A stretch of 64,000 bases of DNA. Origin: a virus (Duplodnaviria > Caudoviricetes). The stretch lies in the IMG/VR virus record IMGVR_UViG_3300042541_001363, positions 1-64,000 of that record; one strand, 5' to 3'. The translations under genes were made by a program, and so were the position numbers. Under the pieces are notes generated by a model. That model had not been told where the DNA came from. It ran no database searches and saw only the letters and a program-made list of their open reading frames with translations. Below, in pieces: positions 40,264-49,459 of this stretch (the first letter of the stretch is position 1; every line of letters starts with the position of its first letter).

Positions 40264-43216
40264 TTAATTCATTCATTATTTCATCCATCAAATTGATGGT
40301 TATTTCTTCTTCACTTAATTTATTATCACCCATGATGGTATCAATAACATCTTTTTTGTTTTTAAGTGTTTCCCACATTCTTACAGATATTGTATCCATA
40401 AATAGTTGATAATAAACGTTTACATCATTTTTCTGCCCAATTCGAAAGCTGCGGTCTTCTGCTTGTTCATTATTTCCAGTTACCCAATCAAATGAGTTGA
40501 AAATAACAACTGTTGCTTCAGTAAGTGTAATACCAACACCAGCACTTTTGATATTTCCAACAAACACTTTAACCTTTGGGTTATTTTGAAAATCATCTAC
40601 TGATTTTTGTTTGGCTTTGGTTGTCATTGGTCCGTTGTGTTTAACAGATACTTTACCAAAGTGGTTAGCTAATACTTCTAGTTCTTCAGTAAACGATGTA
40701 AATATTATCACTTTTCTACCCATTTCTATTGCATTTTCAACCATTTCTATTGTTGAAGGAATAGCTTGCATAGCGATGAATTTTCTTAACAATATAAGTT
40801 CAACTAAGTCTTTTTGTGATTCAATGGATTTTTTACCTTCAGCTTTTCTTTTAGCCATATATTCATCCCACAATAAATCATACATCTTCCAACCATTAAG
40901 GTCTAATTTATGATACATCGGTGTAACTACTTTATCTGGCATATCCAATGTATCAGTTTTTAAACGTCTAAGAATTATGTTTTTTGTTTTTGCGGCTAGT
41001 TCTTCTAGATTACTAGCACCATCAGTCAACCATATTTGTTTTCTTTGCCCATTTTTAAGCGTTCTCATGAACTGTCTACCATCACAATACCTAACAGCAA
41101 AGTGTTTCCAATTTTCTGCAATAGGAGACTTAATTATCTTTAATAAATTAAAGAAATCCATTGGTCTATTTGCAACTGGTGTACCAGTCAGTAACCATAC
41201 CTTATTTATATTATAGTTTACAGATAAATCAACCATAATCTTACCGCGAATACTTTCATGGTTTTTTAGATAATGAGCTTCATCAATGATAGCCAAATCA
41301 AACTTTTGGTTAGCTAAATCTCTAATCAATACTTTTTCTGGTTCACCTTCTTTTTTCTTCTTGCCATCAGTCAACGTATGGAAATTTTTAAGTATATCAA
41401 AGTTTATAATTGTAAACTTGGCAGTATTGAATTTCTTACCATCAATAATCGCTGTATCATCACAAAAAACGTTGATTTCACGTTCCCAATTTATCTTGGT
41501 TGATGATGGGGCTACAATAAGAATCCTTTCAGCACCACTTTCTAAAGCAGCAATTATTGATTGGGTAGTGTTATGAGTAACGATTGCGTGTTCAGTAACA
41601 TATAATTTATCTGGTGCGTCAACAGCGATACAAACAGACTCACCTTGACCACATGGTTCAATATTTTTTATATATCTACCAATTTTATATTTTTTAGGTG
41701 GGTTGTATTCAACAGCTTTTCGTTTTAATCTAAACGGATTAAATTGTTCTGGCATTTTAATATTTAATCTGTAAGCTTTTCTACATTCAACAACAGTACC
41801 ATCTGGTTTTTTATATTTACCAATTTTACTTTTCTTTCTTACAATACCACCCAATGAATGAACAATTTCAGCGACATCATCAGCTAATCTTTCAGATACA
41901 GTACAATATTCAGTACCACTAAAATTATCGTTTTTTGATTTCATACAATGACCATCAGTATCCATAAGACCTTGTAATATTGCAAGTCTATTTTCTATAC
42001 TTGAATATTTATAAATTTCTGGGATAAACTTAGTCTCTGAACGTGTATGTTCTAATTTTAAATCTTTTATATCAGAATTATGATTATTGATATAAGCTTT
42101 TCTTTTATTACCATCAGTTTTATGTTCAGTTAATAAAATACCTTCAAATAATTCATCAAAATCATCTTTATGTAATTGGATGGCAATTGCTGATGATTTG
42201 GTAAAATGACCATCACCTAAAGCTAAACCTAACAAATACGGTTCAATAGGTAAAGTATCATTATTTTCAAATTCAATTGGTTTAACAATTGGAATTTGCC
42301 ATTTAGAATTGCCGTTTTTTTGTTTATAGTATGTTTTAAACTTGTAAGGTTTTTTTCCATTCCTACCAGTTCCTTTTAGTTCTAAAGTTAAATTTTCATC
42401 CAACATTTGTTCAGTACTAAGTGTTCTATATTTGTTTTCCCTAGTTTTAGAATTTTCACCAGAATTACATGAAGATACAGTCCATAAATGTTCTTTCCCA
42501 ACCAAAATACTATATCCATCATTAAATGTTACTTTATATAAGTCTTTAACCCCTTGTGGAAAAACACCTATAATATTACATGCTTTACCATTTGAACCAA
42601 TAATTTGGTCACCAACTTTTAAATCACCAATTTTACGTCTACCATTTGGTGTAAATACTTGATTACTAGTTACCTCTAGTTTTCCCATGCCCATGCCATC
42701 TGCTAATATACATCCGTTTCGTGAAAGAAGGAATTTAACACCTTCTTCTTGGTGTTGATAAAGCTTTTTACCTTGTTTAGATAATATGTCGTTATATCGA
42801 GTAAAATCAACATCTACGTTTATTGGTTCGAAGTATGGGTCATCGGTTACTTGTGTTTTGGGTAACCAATACATTTTAGATGAAGGTTGGTTTTTATTTA
42901 GTTTTCCATATACATGGAATGTCTTTTCGGTTTCGGCTAATATAAATTCGATAAGAATTCTTTGAGGAACAAATGATAAAGCGTCTTGTTTTTGTAATTC
43001 TAACCCTAAGTATTCTGTGATATTTATAACACGATTAATCATTTGTGGTTCTCTATCGTGATTTCGAACTATATACTTTGATTGGTTGTCAGTAAGTAAT
43101 ATTTTTTTGTTTTTTTTGTATTCGTGTTTGAGTTTGAGTATATATGGGTTGATACCTTCATAGTTTTCTAACAATGAAAGTGCACTATGGCCTCGTAAGT
43201 CATCTAAGTTAATCAA
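40256..43216 (-). CDS. SNF2-family helicase/ATPase with intein; TTG start
   Basis: LADGMGMGK|TT Walker A, IIDEAH, LTGTPVANRP, AGVGITLT, NEQAEDRSFRIGQ. Confidence 0.92.
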   Translation of the reverse strand: MINLDDLRGHSALSLLENYEGINPYILKLKHEYKKNKKILLTDNQSKYIVRNHDREPQMINRVINITEYLGLELQKQDALSFVPQRILIEFILAETEKTFHVYGKLNKNQPSSKMYWLPKTQVTDDPYFEPINVDVDFTRYNDILSKQGKKLYQHQEEGVKFLLSRNGCILADGMGMGKLEVTSNQVFTPNGRRKIGDLKVGDQIIGSNGKACNIIGVFPQGVKDLYKVTFNDGYSILVGKEHLWTVSSCNSGENSKTRENKYRTLSTEQMLDENLTLELKGTGRNGKKPYKFKTYYKQKNGNSKWQIPIVKPIEFENNDTLPIEPYLLGLALGDGHFTKSSAIAIQLHKDDFDELFEGILLTEHKTDGNKRKAYINNHNSDIKDLKLEHTRSETKFIPEIYKYSSIENRLAILQGLMDTDGHCMKSKNDNFSGTEYCTVSERLADDVAEIVHSLGGIVRKKSKIGKYKKPDGTVVECRKAYRLNIKMPEQFNPFRLKRKAVEYNPPKKYKIGRYIKNIEPCGQGESVCIAVDAPDKLYVTEHAIVTHNTTQSIIAALESGAERILIVAPSSTKINWEREINVFCDDTAIIDGKKFNTAKFTIINFDILKNFHTLTDGKKKKEGEPEKVLIRDLANQKFDLAIIDEAHYLKNHESIRGKIMVDLSVNYNINKVWLLTGTPVANRPMDFFNLLKIIKSPIAENWKHFAVRYCDGRQFMRTLKNGQRKQIWLTDGASNLEELAAKTKNIILRRLKTDTLDMPDKVVTPMYHKLDLNGWKMYDLLWDEYMAKRKAEGKKSIESQKDLVELILLRKFIAMQAIPSTIEMVENAIEMGRKVIIFTSFTEELEVLANHFGKVSVKHNGPMTTKAKQKSVDDFQNNPKVKVFVGNIKSAGVGITLTEATVVIFNSFDWVTGNNEQAEDRSFRIGQKNDVNVYYQLFMDTISVRMWETLKNKKDVIDTIMGDNKLSEEEITINLMDEIMNELND
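41570..42679 (-). mobile_element. Class 3 intein with LAGLIDADG endonuclease, 370 aa, first residue Leu
   Basis: GK|LEVTSNQVFTPNG; EHLW; SVCIAV; IVTHN|T; LLGLALGDG and LQGLMDTDG. Confidence 0.85.
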
Positions 43217-43312
43217 AATGTTTTAATTTTTATTAAATATACTAATTATTTTAAATAAAATCAATAGTTTATTGGTTATTAATAAATTTATAAATATTTA
43301 TCTATAAAAGCC

Positions 43313-43372
43313 ATGAAAAATAATAAAATTATACCAATAACTCGTATCAACAAAATAACACCAATATCTTAA
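43313..43372 (+). pseudogene. Stranded original 5' end of the gp14-like gene (MKNNKIIPITRINKITPIS*)
   Basis: 22 bp identical to 44070-44091; preceded by TATTTAT at 43295-43301. Confidence 0.7.
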
Positions 43373-43413
43373 ATAAACAGAAAACTTGTTATATTTATAA
43401 TAAAATAATTAAT

Positions 43414-44061
43414 ATGGTAATATATAAAACAACAAATTTGGTAAATGGTAAAATCTACATTGGTCAAGATTCTAAAAATAATCCTAATTATTTTGGTTCT
43501 GGTGATTTAATTAAAATAGCAATAAATAAATATGGTTTAATAAACTTTAAAAAAGAAATTTTGTGTTTATGTGAAACACAAACAGAATTAAATGAAATGG
43601 AACAAAAATTTATTTTAGAATATAAATCTACCGATAAATCAATCGGTTATAATATTTGTGTCGGTGGAACCAATGGAACAATGTTAAACCGTAAACATTC
43701 TGAAGAAACAAAACAACAAATGAGTGAGGTTAGAATTGGTATAATATTCACTGATGAACATAAAAAAAACCTTAGTAAAGCACATAAAGGTAAAAGTATT
43801 AGTGATGAAACTAAAGAAAAAATGAGTAAATCTCAAAAACTTGTTGTAAGAAAACCTATGTCTGATGAAACTAAAGAAAAAATTAGAAATAGTAAAAAAG
43901 GTGTTAAATTAAGTGAAGAAACGAAGAAAAAAATGAGTGAATCACACATGGGTGAAAAAAATCATTTTTATGGTAAAACACATTCTAAAGAAACAATAAT
44001 AAAAATTTCGGAAGCTAAAAAAGGTGTTCCGTCAAAAAAGAAAGGAGTTAAATATGTCTAA
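43414..44061 (+). mobile_element. Free-standing GIY-YIG homing endonuclease (Seg-like) with NUMOD3 repeats
   Basis: VIYKTTNLVNGKIYIGQ, YFGSG, GYNI..GG, repeated (S/T)(D/E)ETK.KMS. Confidence 0.9.
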
Positions 44062-44572
44062 ATCTATTGTACCAATAACTCGTATCAACAAGTTCTTTTC
44101 AGAAAATGATTACAATTTAGAAATTGAAATGGGTCGCGAAGCCATTGAAGGTGATGGTAATTTTACTGTTATTCTCTATACTGTTGATAGAGAGATGAGT
44201 GAGAGTGATATGTTATATGGTGAAGCATCTAAAGATGGGATTAGATTTTTCCCACCTATTGAATTGAAGGTTGTTCCTTTGCTTGAAGAGGCTGAAAACA
44301 AAACATATAATAACAATGGTGGTTTGAGGTATATTCAAGATGGCCATTTAACCTTTGGTATATATGATGCTCAATTAAAAGAACTTAATGCTAGTTTATC
44401 CTATGGTGATTATATTGGTTATCCAATAAATGAAACTGAGATAAGATATTTTAGTGTAGTAAATGATGGGGTTAAGAATTTTGATAATAAACACACAATA
44501 ATGGGATACAAAGCTGCGTTTAGAACAGTTAAATGTGCTCCAGTGGATAGTTCAGAATTCAGAGGCTTGTAA
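44054..44572 (+). CDS. Probable head-completion / neck protein (T4 gp14-like); probable start MSKSIVP at 44054
   Basis: Position between gp13-like and gp15-like genes; SDMLYGE...FFPPIELK; ATG overlaps the endonuclease stop. Confidence 0.5.
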   Translation: MSKSIVPITRINKFFSENDYNLEIEMGREAIEGDGNFTVILYTVDREMSESDMLYGEASKDGIRFFPPIELKVVPLLEEAENKTYNNNGGLRYIQDGHLTFGIYDAQLKELNASLSYGDYIGYPINETEIRYFSVVNDGVKNFDNKHTIMGYKAAFRTVKCAPVDSSEFRGL

Positions 44573-44602
44573 TAAAATTAAAAAAATTAAATAATATAAA
44601 AC

Positions 44603-45664
44603 ATGGGGATGCCTAAAGGTTGGAGAAGCGACATAAACATCAATAGACAAAGAGTCGGACCAGAAAAAAGACAGAATATTTTAGATGGTATTTCTGATAA
44701 GGGTACCTTTTTACCTAAAGGGGTGTTGGAAGAGGATATGGACCAATCTGTTGTTGAATTTGTTGGGTCTGATAATGGTTTTGGTTTTAGTATCAATGGT
44801 GAGAAGGTTCCAGTTATATTTTTAACAATTCAAAGGTGGACTGAGTTTAGTAAGACATGGCAATTCTCTGATAAATATAAAAACATTGAGCTACCATTTA
44901 TTACAATTATAAGAAAACCAGATATTCAACAAGGTCAAAACCAAGCTGGATTATGGAACATACCAGGTAATCGAACATATACATACATGAAGGTTCCGAC
45001 ATGGGATGGTTTGAGGGAGGGTATTGATTTATATAAAATACCTCAACCAACACCAGTTGATATGACTTATGAGATAAGATTATTCACAAACAGAATGAAA
45101 GATTTAAATAAATTCAATAGAATTATTCAACGAGCATTTCAATCAAGACAATGTTATATCAACGTTAATGGTCACCCAATGCCTTTACATTTGGAGGCTA
45201 TAGGTGATGAGAGTAATGTTGATGATTTTGAAAATAGAAGGTTTTATGTTCAATTATTTGAGGTGAAATTATTGGGTTATATATTGGATGAAGAAGATTT
45301 TGAAGTTGTACCTACAATTAATAGATTGATGGTTACTACTGAAGTTGATGAGGGTGTTGTTAATGTCGGTGAAATAATACTCACACCACATGTAAAGGTA
45401 AACGATGTTAATTTCACTTTTAATTTTAAACCTAAAAGTGAATCTCAATTCACATTTACAAATTTATATAGAGCGATATTTACCCAATTAAATAACATTA
45501 ATAATATTAGTAGAATAGTTATTTTGGTAAATAATATAGGAGTTTTTGATGGTTTGGTTATGACATCACCTTTAACATTTAATTCAAATGATGTTGTAAC
45601 GATTAAAATAACAAAAAACTTTTACGCTGAAGGGGTTTTTACTTTAATAGGAAATACAATTTAA
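44603..45664 (+). CDS. Probable tail-sheath stabiliser / tail terminator (T4 gp15-like)
   Basis: KVPVIF...ERW-like QRW, IELPFITI.R, PTPVDMTYEI. Confidence 0.55.
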   Translation: MGMPKGWRSDININRQRVGPEKRQNILDGISDKGTFLPKGVLEEDMDQSVVEFVGSDNGFGFSINGEKVPVIFLTIQRWTEFSKTWQFSDKYKNIELPFITIIRKPDIQQGQNQAGLWNIPGNRTYTYMKVPTWDGLREGIDLYKIPQPTPVDMTYEIRLFTNRMKDLNKFNRIIQRAFQSRQCYINVNGHPMPLHLEAIGDESNVDDFENRRFYVQLFEVKLLGYILDEEDFEVVPTINRLMVTTEVDEGVVNVGEIILTPHVKVNDVNFTFNFKPKSESQFTFTNLYRAIFTQLNNINNISRIVILVNNIGVFDGLVMTSPLTFNSNDVVTIKITKNFYAEGVFTLIGNTI

Positions 45665-45665
45665 T

Positions 45666-46064
45666 ATGAGCTGTTTAAATAATTCTTCAAGTATAAATCA
45701 AATGTTCGTTATTGAACCAATGGCTGTAACTGGGGATACGGTAATTATTTCTGCATGTACTGCTGTTTATACTGACAAAATAATATCTTGTAGTGGTGAT
45801 GCTGAAATTGAATTACTTTTAGGTCAGACAGTTTTCAATACTAGTATAATTCCTAGATATGATGCTACTATTGATTTGGGTATTCCTTTACAAAGATTTA
45901 GGGATATAAACACTGTAAGTGGTACATCAACTGTTTGGACATCAACAATAAGCGTAACAACACCTTTGTTAGATTTAGGTGTTGATTCTTTAGGTAACAT
46001 AAGACAAATAACCGCTAATAACTCAATAATTCAAGACGATTTTTTGAACGGGGGTAGTTATTGA
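45666..46064 (+). CDS. Small virion structural protein ending in LNGGSY
   Basis: IIP..DATIDLG...RFR motif typical of fibre-type proteins; late operon. Confidence 0.6.
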   Translation: MSCLNNSSSINQMFVIEPMAVTGDTVIISACTAVYTDKIISCSGDAEIELLLGQTVFNTSIIPRYDATIDLGIPLQRFRDINTVSGTSTVWTSTISVTTPLLDLGVDSLGNIRQITANNSIIQDDFLNGGSY

Positions 46065-46101
46065 TAATAATATATATATTTATTTAAAAAAAGAAAAGAA
46101 A

Positions 46102-48201
46102 ATGGCAATAAGAAACACAACACACATTTTAAAGAACAGTAATATCGTAAATCGACCATTACCTTCTACACTATTACAAGGTGAACCTATTGTAAACACA
46201 GCTGAAGGTATTGTATACTTTTCTGGTGTTACATCATCAACCAATAATTGGACACCATCTGGTCCAACATCACCAACATTTTTTGAAGTTGGTTCTAACT
46301 TATACGATTTAAAGCTTAGAAATCAAATTACTGCCTATAGCGGTGTAACTGATTTAAGTGGTAAATTCTTATCTGGTACTACTTCTGGTTTTGTATTGAG
46401 TGATATCTCAGCAATTTCTGGAGTAGATACATATGTTACTGGTTTTACTTATGGTGATAATGTGTTTACTGTAAAGCAAAACAATGGTCAAGGTGATTTA
46501 ACAGCGTTGATAAACACAATGACTGGTTTAACAGTTAATGGTTTACTATCTGCTACAACTGGTAATATTGGTACAATAAATACTGACACATTAAATGCTA
46601 CTGGTGGTACTATAACAACTTTGGATTCGACTACGATAAATGGTGGTACTGTTAACATTAATAATTTAGCTGTAACTGGAACTGCTACTTATAATCAAAC
46701 AGCTACAGCTGCAAATGATATTGTGAATTACAATACATTAACAGCATATACGCAAACAAATGATATTTACGTAACTGGTGGTACTATTTCTTATACTGGT
46801 TCTAACGGTTCAATAGTTTTAGGTAGAAAAAATGCATCGAATTTAACTTTAACTGGTTTGACTGATGTGTATGTTACTGGCGGTACTTATAATGCTGGTA
46901 CTACTACCTTTACTAACAATACTGGTGGAACGTTTACAGTGACTGGTTTAAGTTCAACTGATACGTTTGTAACTGGATATACTTATTCACCTACATCAAA
47001 CACATTTACAATAAAACAAAATCAAGGTAAACCTGATTTAACAGCGTTAATAGACACTATGAGTGGTTTAACAGTTAATGGGACTATATCTGCTACAACA
47101 ATATCTGGAGATACTATATATGCTGTAGATTTTCCACAATTACCATTTACTGATAATGAAACAGTTGAAGTTTATTCAGCTAATGGTGATACATTTTTAA
47201 GAGTTAAAGATATCGTATCAGCACCATCTGGTGGTACTAGAGTCTTTGTTGGTAATATTGGTATCACTTCTGGATTAACTGTAAGTGGTACTGTTAGTTC
47301 AACATCAATATCGGCAACAACTTATCTTAATTTACCACCTGATATTAGTGTTACTGGTGGTACAATGGGGTATGTTGGTTCTGCTGGAACAGCTACATTT
47401 ACCAATAGTACTGGTGGTACATTCAATGTAACTGGATTTAAAGATGTATTTACAACTGGTGGTACATATAATGCTGGAACAGCTACATTCAATAATAATG
47501 ATGGTACAACTTATCAATTAACTGGTTTAACATCAACTGATACATATGTAACTGGATTTACTTATAACCCGACTAGTAACTTAATTACTTTATCTCAAAA
47601 TCAAGGTCAAATAGATAAGACATTAAACATCACATCGATGTCTGGTTTAACTTTAACCAATCTTACAGCTGGTAGAGTTCCTTATGTTGGTGTTGGTGGT
47701 TTATTAACTGATGAAGCTGGGTTTACTTATAATGATAGTACGAATGTTCTTTCGATACCAGCTGATGGTACTATGAATGTTGGTACTGGTGGTTTGAATG
47801 TTGCTGGTGATGCCGTAATTCAAGGTACTTTAACAGTTTTTGGTCCATCTATTTCTGCATTTACAAATGAATTATATGTAGAGGACTCTAATATTTCACT
47901 TAACTATAATCCAACTGGAAATACAACAATAACATCTTTGGGTGCTGGATTAACTATTCAAGATGGTAATGGTTTAAATGGTGGAAATGTTAATTTTAAC
48001 ATAAATAGACTTGATACATTAACTGGTTTAACTTCTACACAAGTACCTAGTGTAACTGAATATACAGCATCAACTGGATATGCTAATAGAGGTTTTGTTA
48101 CTCAGTTGAATGACATAGTAATTAGAAGTACGAATGTTAATACACCAAATGGTGTAAGAGTTCTTACGGAATTTGACGTACTCGATGGGGGTCAATACTG
48201 A
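46102..48201 (+). CDS. Tail fibre protein with Mtd_N-like N-terminus and Thr/Gly-rich repeats, ending LDGGQY
   Basis: LLQGEPIVNTAEG; repeated D.YVTGGTY/D.YVTGFTY units. Confidence 0.75.
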   Translation: MAIRNTTHILKNSNIVNRPLPSTLLQGEPIVNTAEGIVYFSGVTSSTNNWTPSGPTSPTFFEVGSNLYDLKLRNQITAYSGVTDLSGKFLSGTTSGFVLSDISAISGVDTYVTGFTYGDNVFTVKQNNGQGDLTALINTMTGLTVNGLLSATTGNIGTINTDTLNATGGTITTLDSTTINGGTVNINNLAVTGTATYNQTATAANDIVNYNTLTAYTQTNDIYVTGGTISYTGSNGSIVLGRKNASNLTLTGLTDVYVTGGTYNAGTTTFTNNTGGTFTVTGLSSTDTFVTGYTYSPTSNTFTIKQNQGKPDLTALIDTMSGLTVNGTISATTISGDTIYAVDFPQLPFTDNETVEVYSANGDTFLRVKDIVSAPSGGTRVFVGNIGITSGLTVSGTVSSTSISATTYLNLPPDISVTGGTMGYVGSAGTATFTNSTGGTFNVTGFKDVFTTGGTYNAGTATFNNNDGTTYQLTGLTSTDTYVTGFTYNPTSNLITLSQNQGQIDKTLNITSMSGLTLTNLTAGRVPYVGVGGLLTDEAGFTYNDSTNVLSIPADGTMNVGTGGLNVAGDAVIQGTLTVFGPSISAFTNELYVEDSNISLNYNPTGNTTITSLGAGLTIQDGNGLNGGNVNFNINRLDTLTGLTSTQVPSVTEYTASTGYANRGFVTQLNDIVIRSTNVNTPNGVRVLTEFDVLDGGQY

Positions 48202-48261
48202 TAGACCGATGATTTAATTTAACCGAAGTATTTACTAATTTTTAAAATTACATATATTTAT

Positions 48262-48289
48262 AAAAGGATGGGTTATCTCATCCTTTTTT
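48262..48289 (+). terminator. Intrinsic terminator immediately downstream of a TATTTATA motif
   Basis: aaaaggatggg-ttat-ctcatcctttttt. Confidence 0.7.
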
Positions 48290-48319
48290 ATTATAACAAA
48301 TTTTAAAATTAAAAAAAAA

Positions 48320-49321
48320 ATGAAAGGTATTTACAAAATTACAAATTTAATAAACGGAAAAGTTTATATTGGTCAATCAGAACGATTAACCGAAAGAGAA
48401 CGAGAACATTTCTATCGTCTTGGTCGTGGTGAACATAATAATGAACACTTACAAAAATCGTTTAACAAATACGGTAAAGATAAATTTATTTTTGAAGTCA
48501 TTGAAGAAACTGATGATTTAGATGTTAAAGAAATTTATTGGATAAATGAATATGGTGGTATAAACTCAAAACTAAATTATAATTTAAAAGACCCATTAAC
48601 AATGAAATGGTCAGACTATACTAGGGTTAAACAAAGTAAATCTATGATTGGTGATAATAACCCTAATTTTGGGAGGAAATGGACTCAAGAACAGAAAGAC
48701 GATGCATCTAAAAAAAGAAAAGGTGTTACTTTAGAAAATAGAATTGGTAAGGATAAAGCGGATTTAGTTAAACAAAAAATGAGTGAATCACAAACTGGAA
48801 GAAAACATCCAGAAGAAGTTAAAGAAAAAATACGACAAGCTAATGTTGGTGATAAAAATCCAGCATATGGTAAAGGTGATAGACAAATTGGTGATAAGAA
48901 TCCAATGTTTGGTAAACATCATACAAAAGAAACTAAAAAATTATTAAGTTTATCAAGTAAAAATAAAATTGTTAGTGATGAAACTAAATTAAAAATGTCT
49001 GAATCAGCTAAAAATAGGTATAAAACTGGAAGAAAACATACAGAGGAAGTTAAAGAAAAAATACGACAAGCTAATGTTGGTGATAAGAACCCAGCATATG
49101 GTAAAGGTGATAGACAAGTTGGTGATAAGAATCCAATGTTTGGTAAGCCTAGTATTAAACGTAAAGCTATCCAACAATACACAAAAGACGGTGTTTTTGT
49201 TAAAGAATACGAATTTTTATCACTAGTGACTGATGATGGTTTTCATATTGGTAATGTTGGTGCAGCCGCAAATGGTAAATTAAAATCATCTGGTGGGTTT
49301 ATTTGGAAGTTTAAAAATTAA
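48320..49321 (+). mobile_element. Free-standing GIY-YIG homing endonuclease with NUMOD3 repeats and a C-terminal NUMOD1-like domain
   Basis: GIYKITNLINGKVYIGQS; near-identical 124-bp repeat at 48792-48915 and 49023-49146; IQQYTKDG...GGFIWKF. Confidence 0.9.
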
Positions 49322-49361
49322 CTACATACTAAAAGATTTACTTTAAAAATATAATAATTAT

Positions 49362-49391
49362 AATATGCACAATTCATAAATTGTGCATATT
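49362..49391. repeat. 13-bp inverted repeat with a 4-nt loop, overlapping TATTTAT
   Basis: aatatgcacaatt-cata-aattgtgcatatt. Confidence 0.8.
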
Positions 49392-49459
49392 TATTTTATA
49401 GAGGTTACATAACCCAAAATTATAACTCTTTATAGAGATTTTTAAGACATACCATACAT

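Noticed and set aside
44041-44047. Shine-Dalgarno-like aaaggag before 44054
   Set aside because: A single instance inside lysine-rich coding sequence; other genes lack SD motifs, as expected for a Bacteroidota host
32239-44053. Upstream starts given in the ORF track (32239, 38388, 44024; likewise 5344, 24900, 27413)
   Set aside because: The extensions overlap promoters or neighbouring genes; downstream ATGs fit the promoter motifs or gene overlaps better
43354-44069. Group I intron carrying the GIY-YIG ORF
   Set aside because: Only about 60 AT-rich nt lie outside the ORF, too little for a ribozyme core, and the downstream gene has its own ATG
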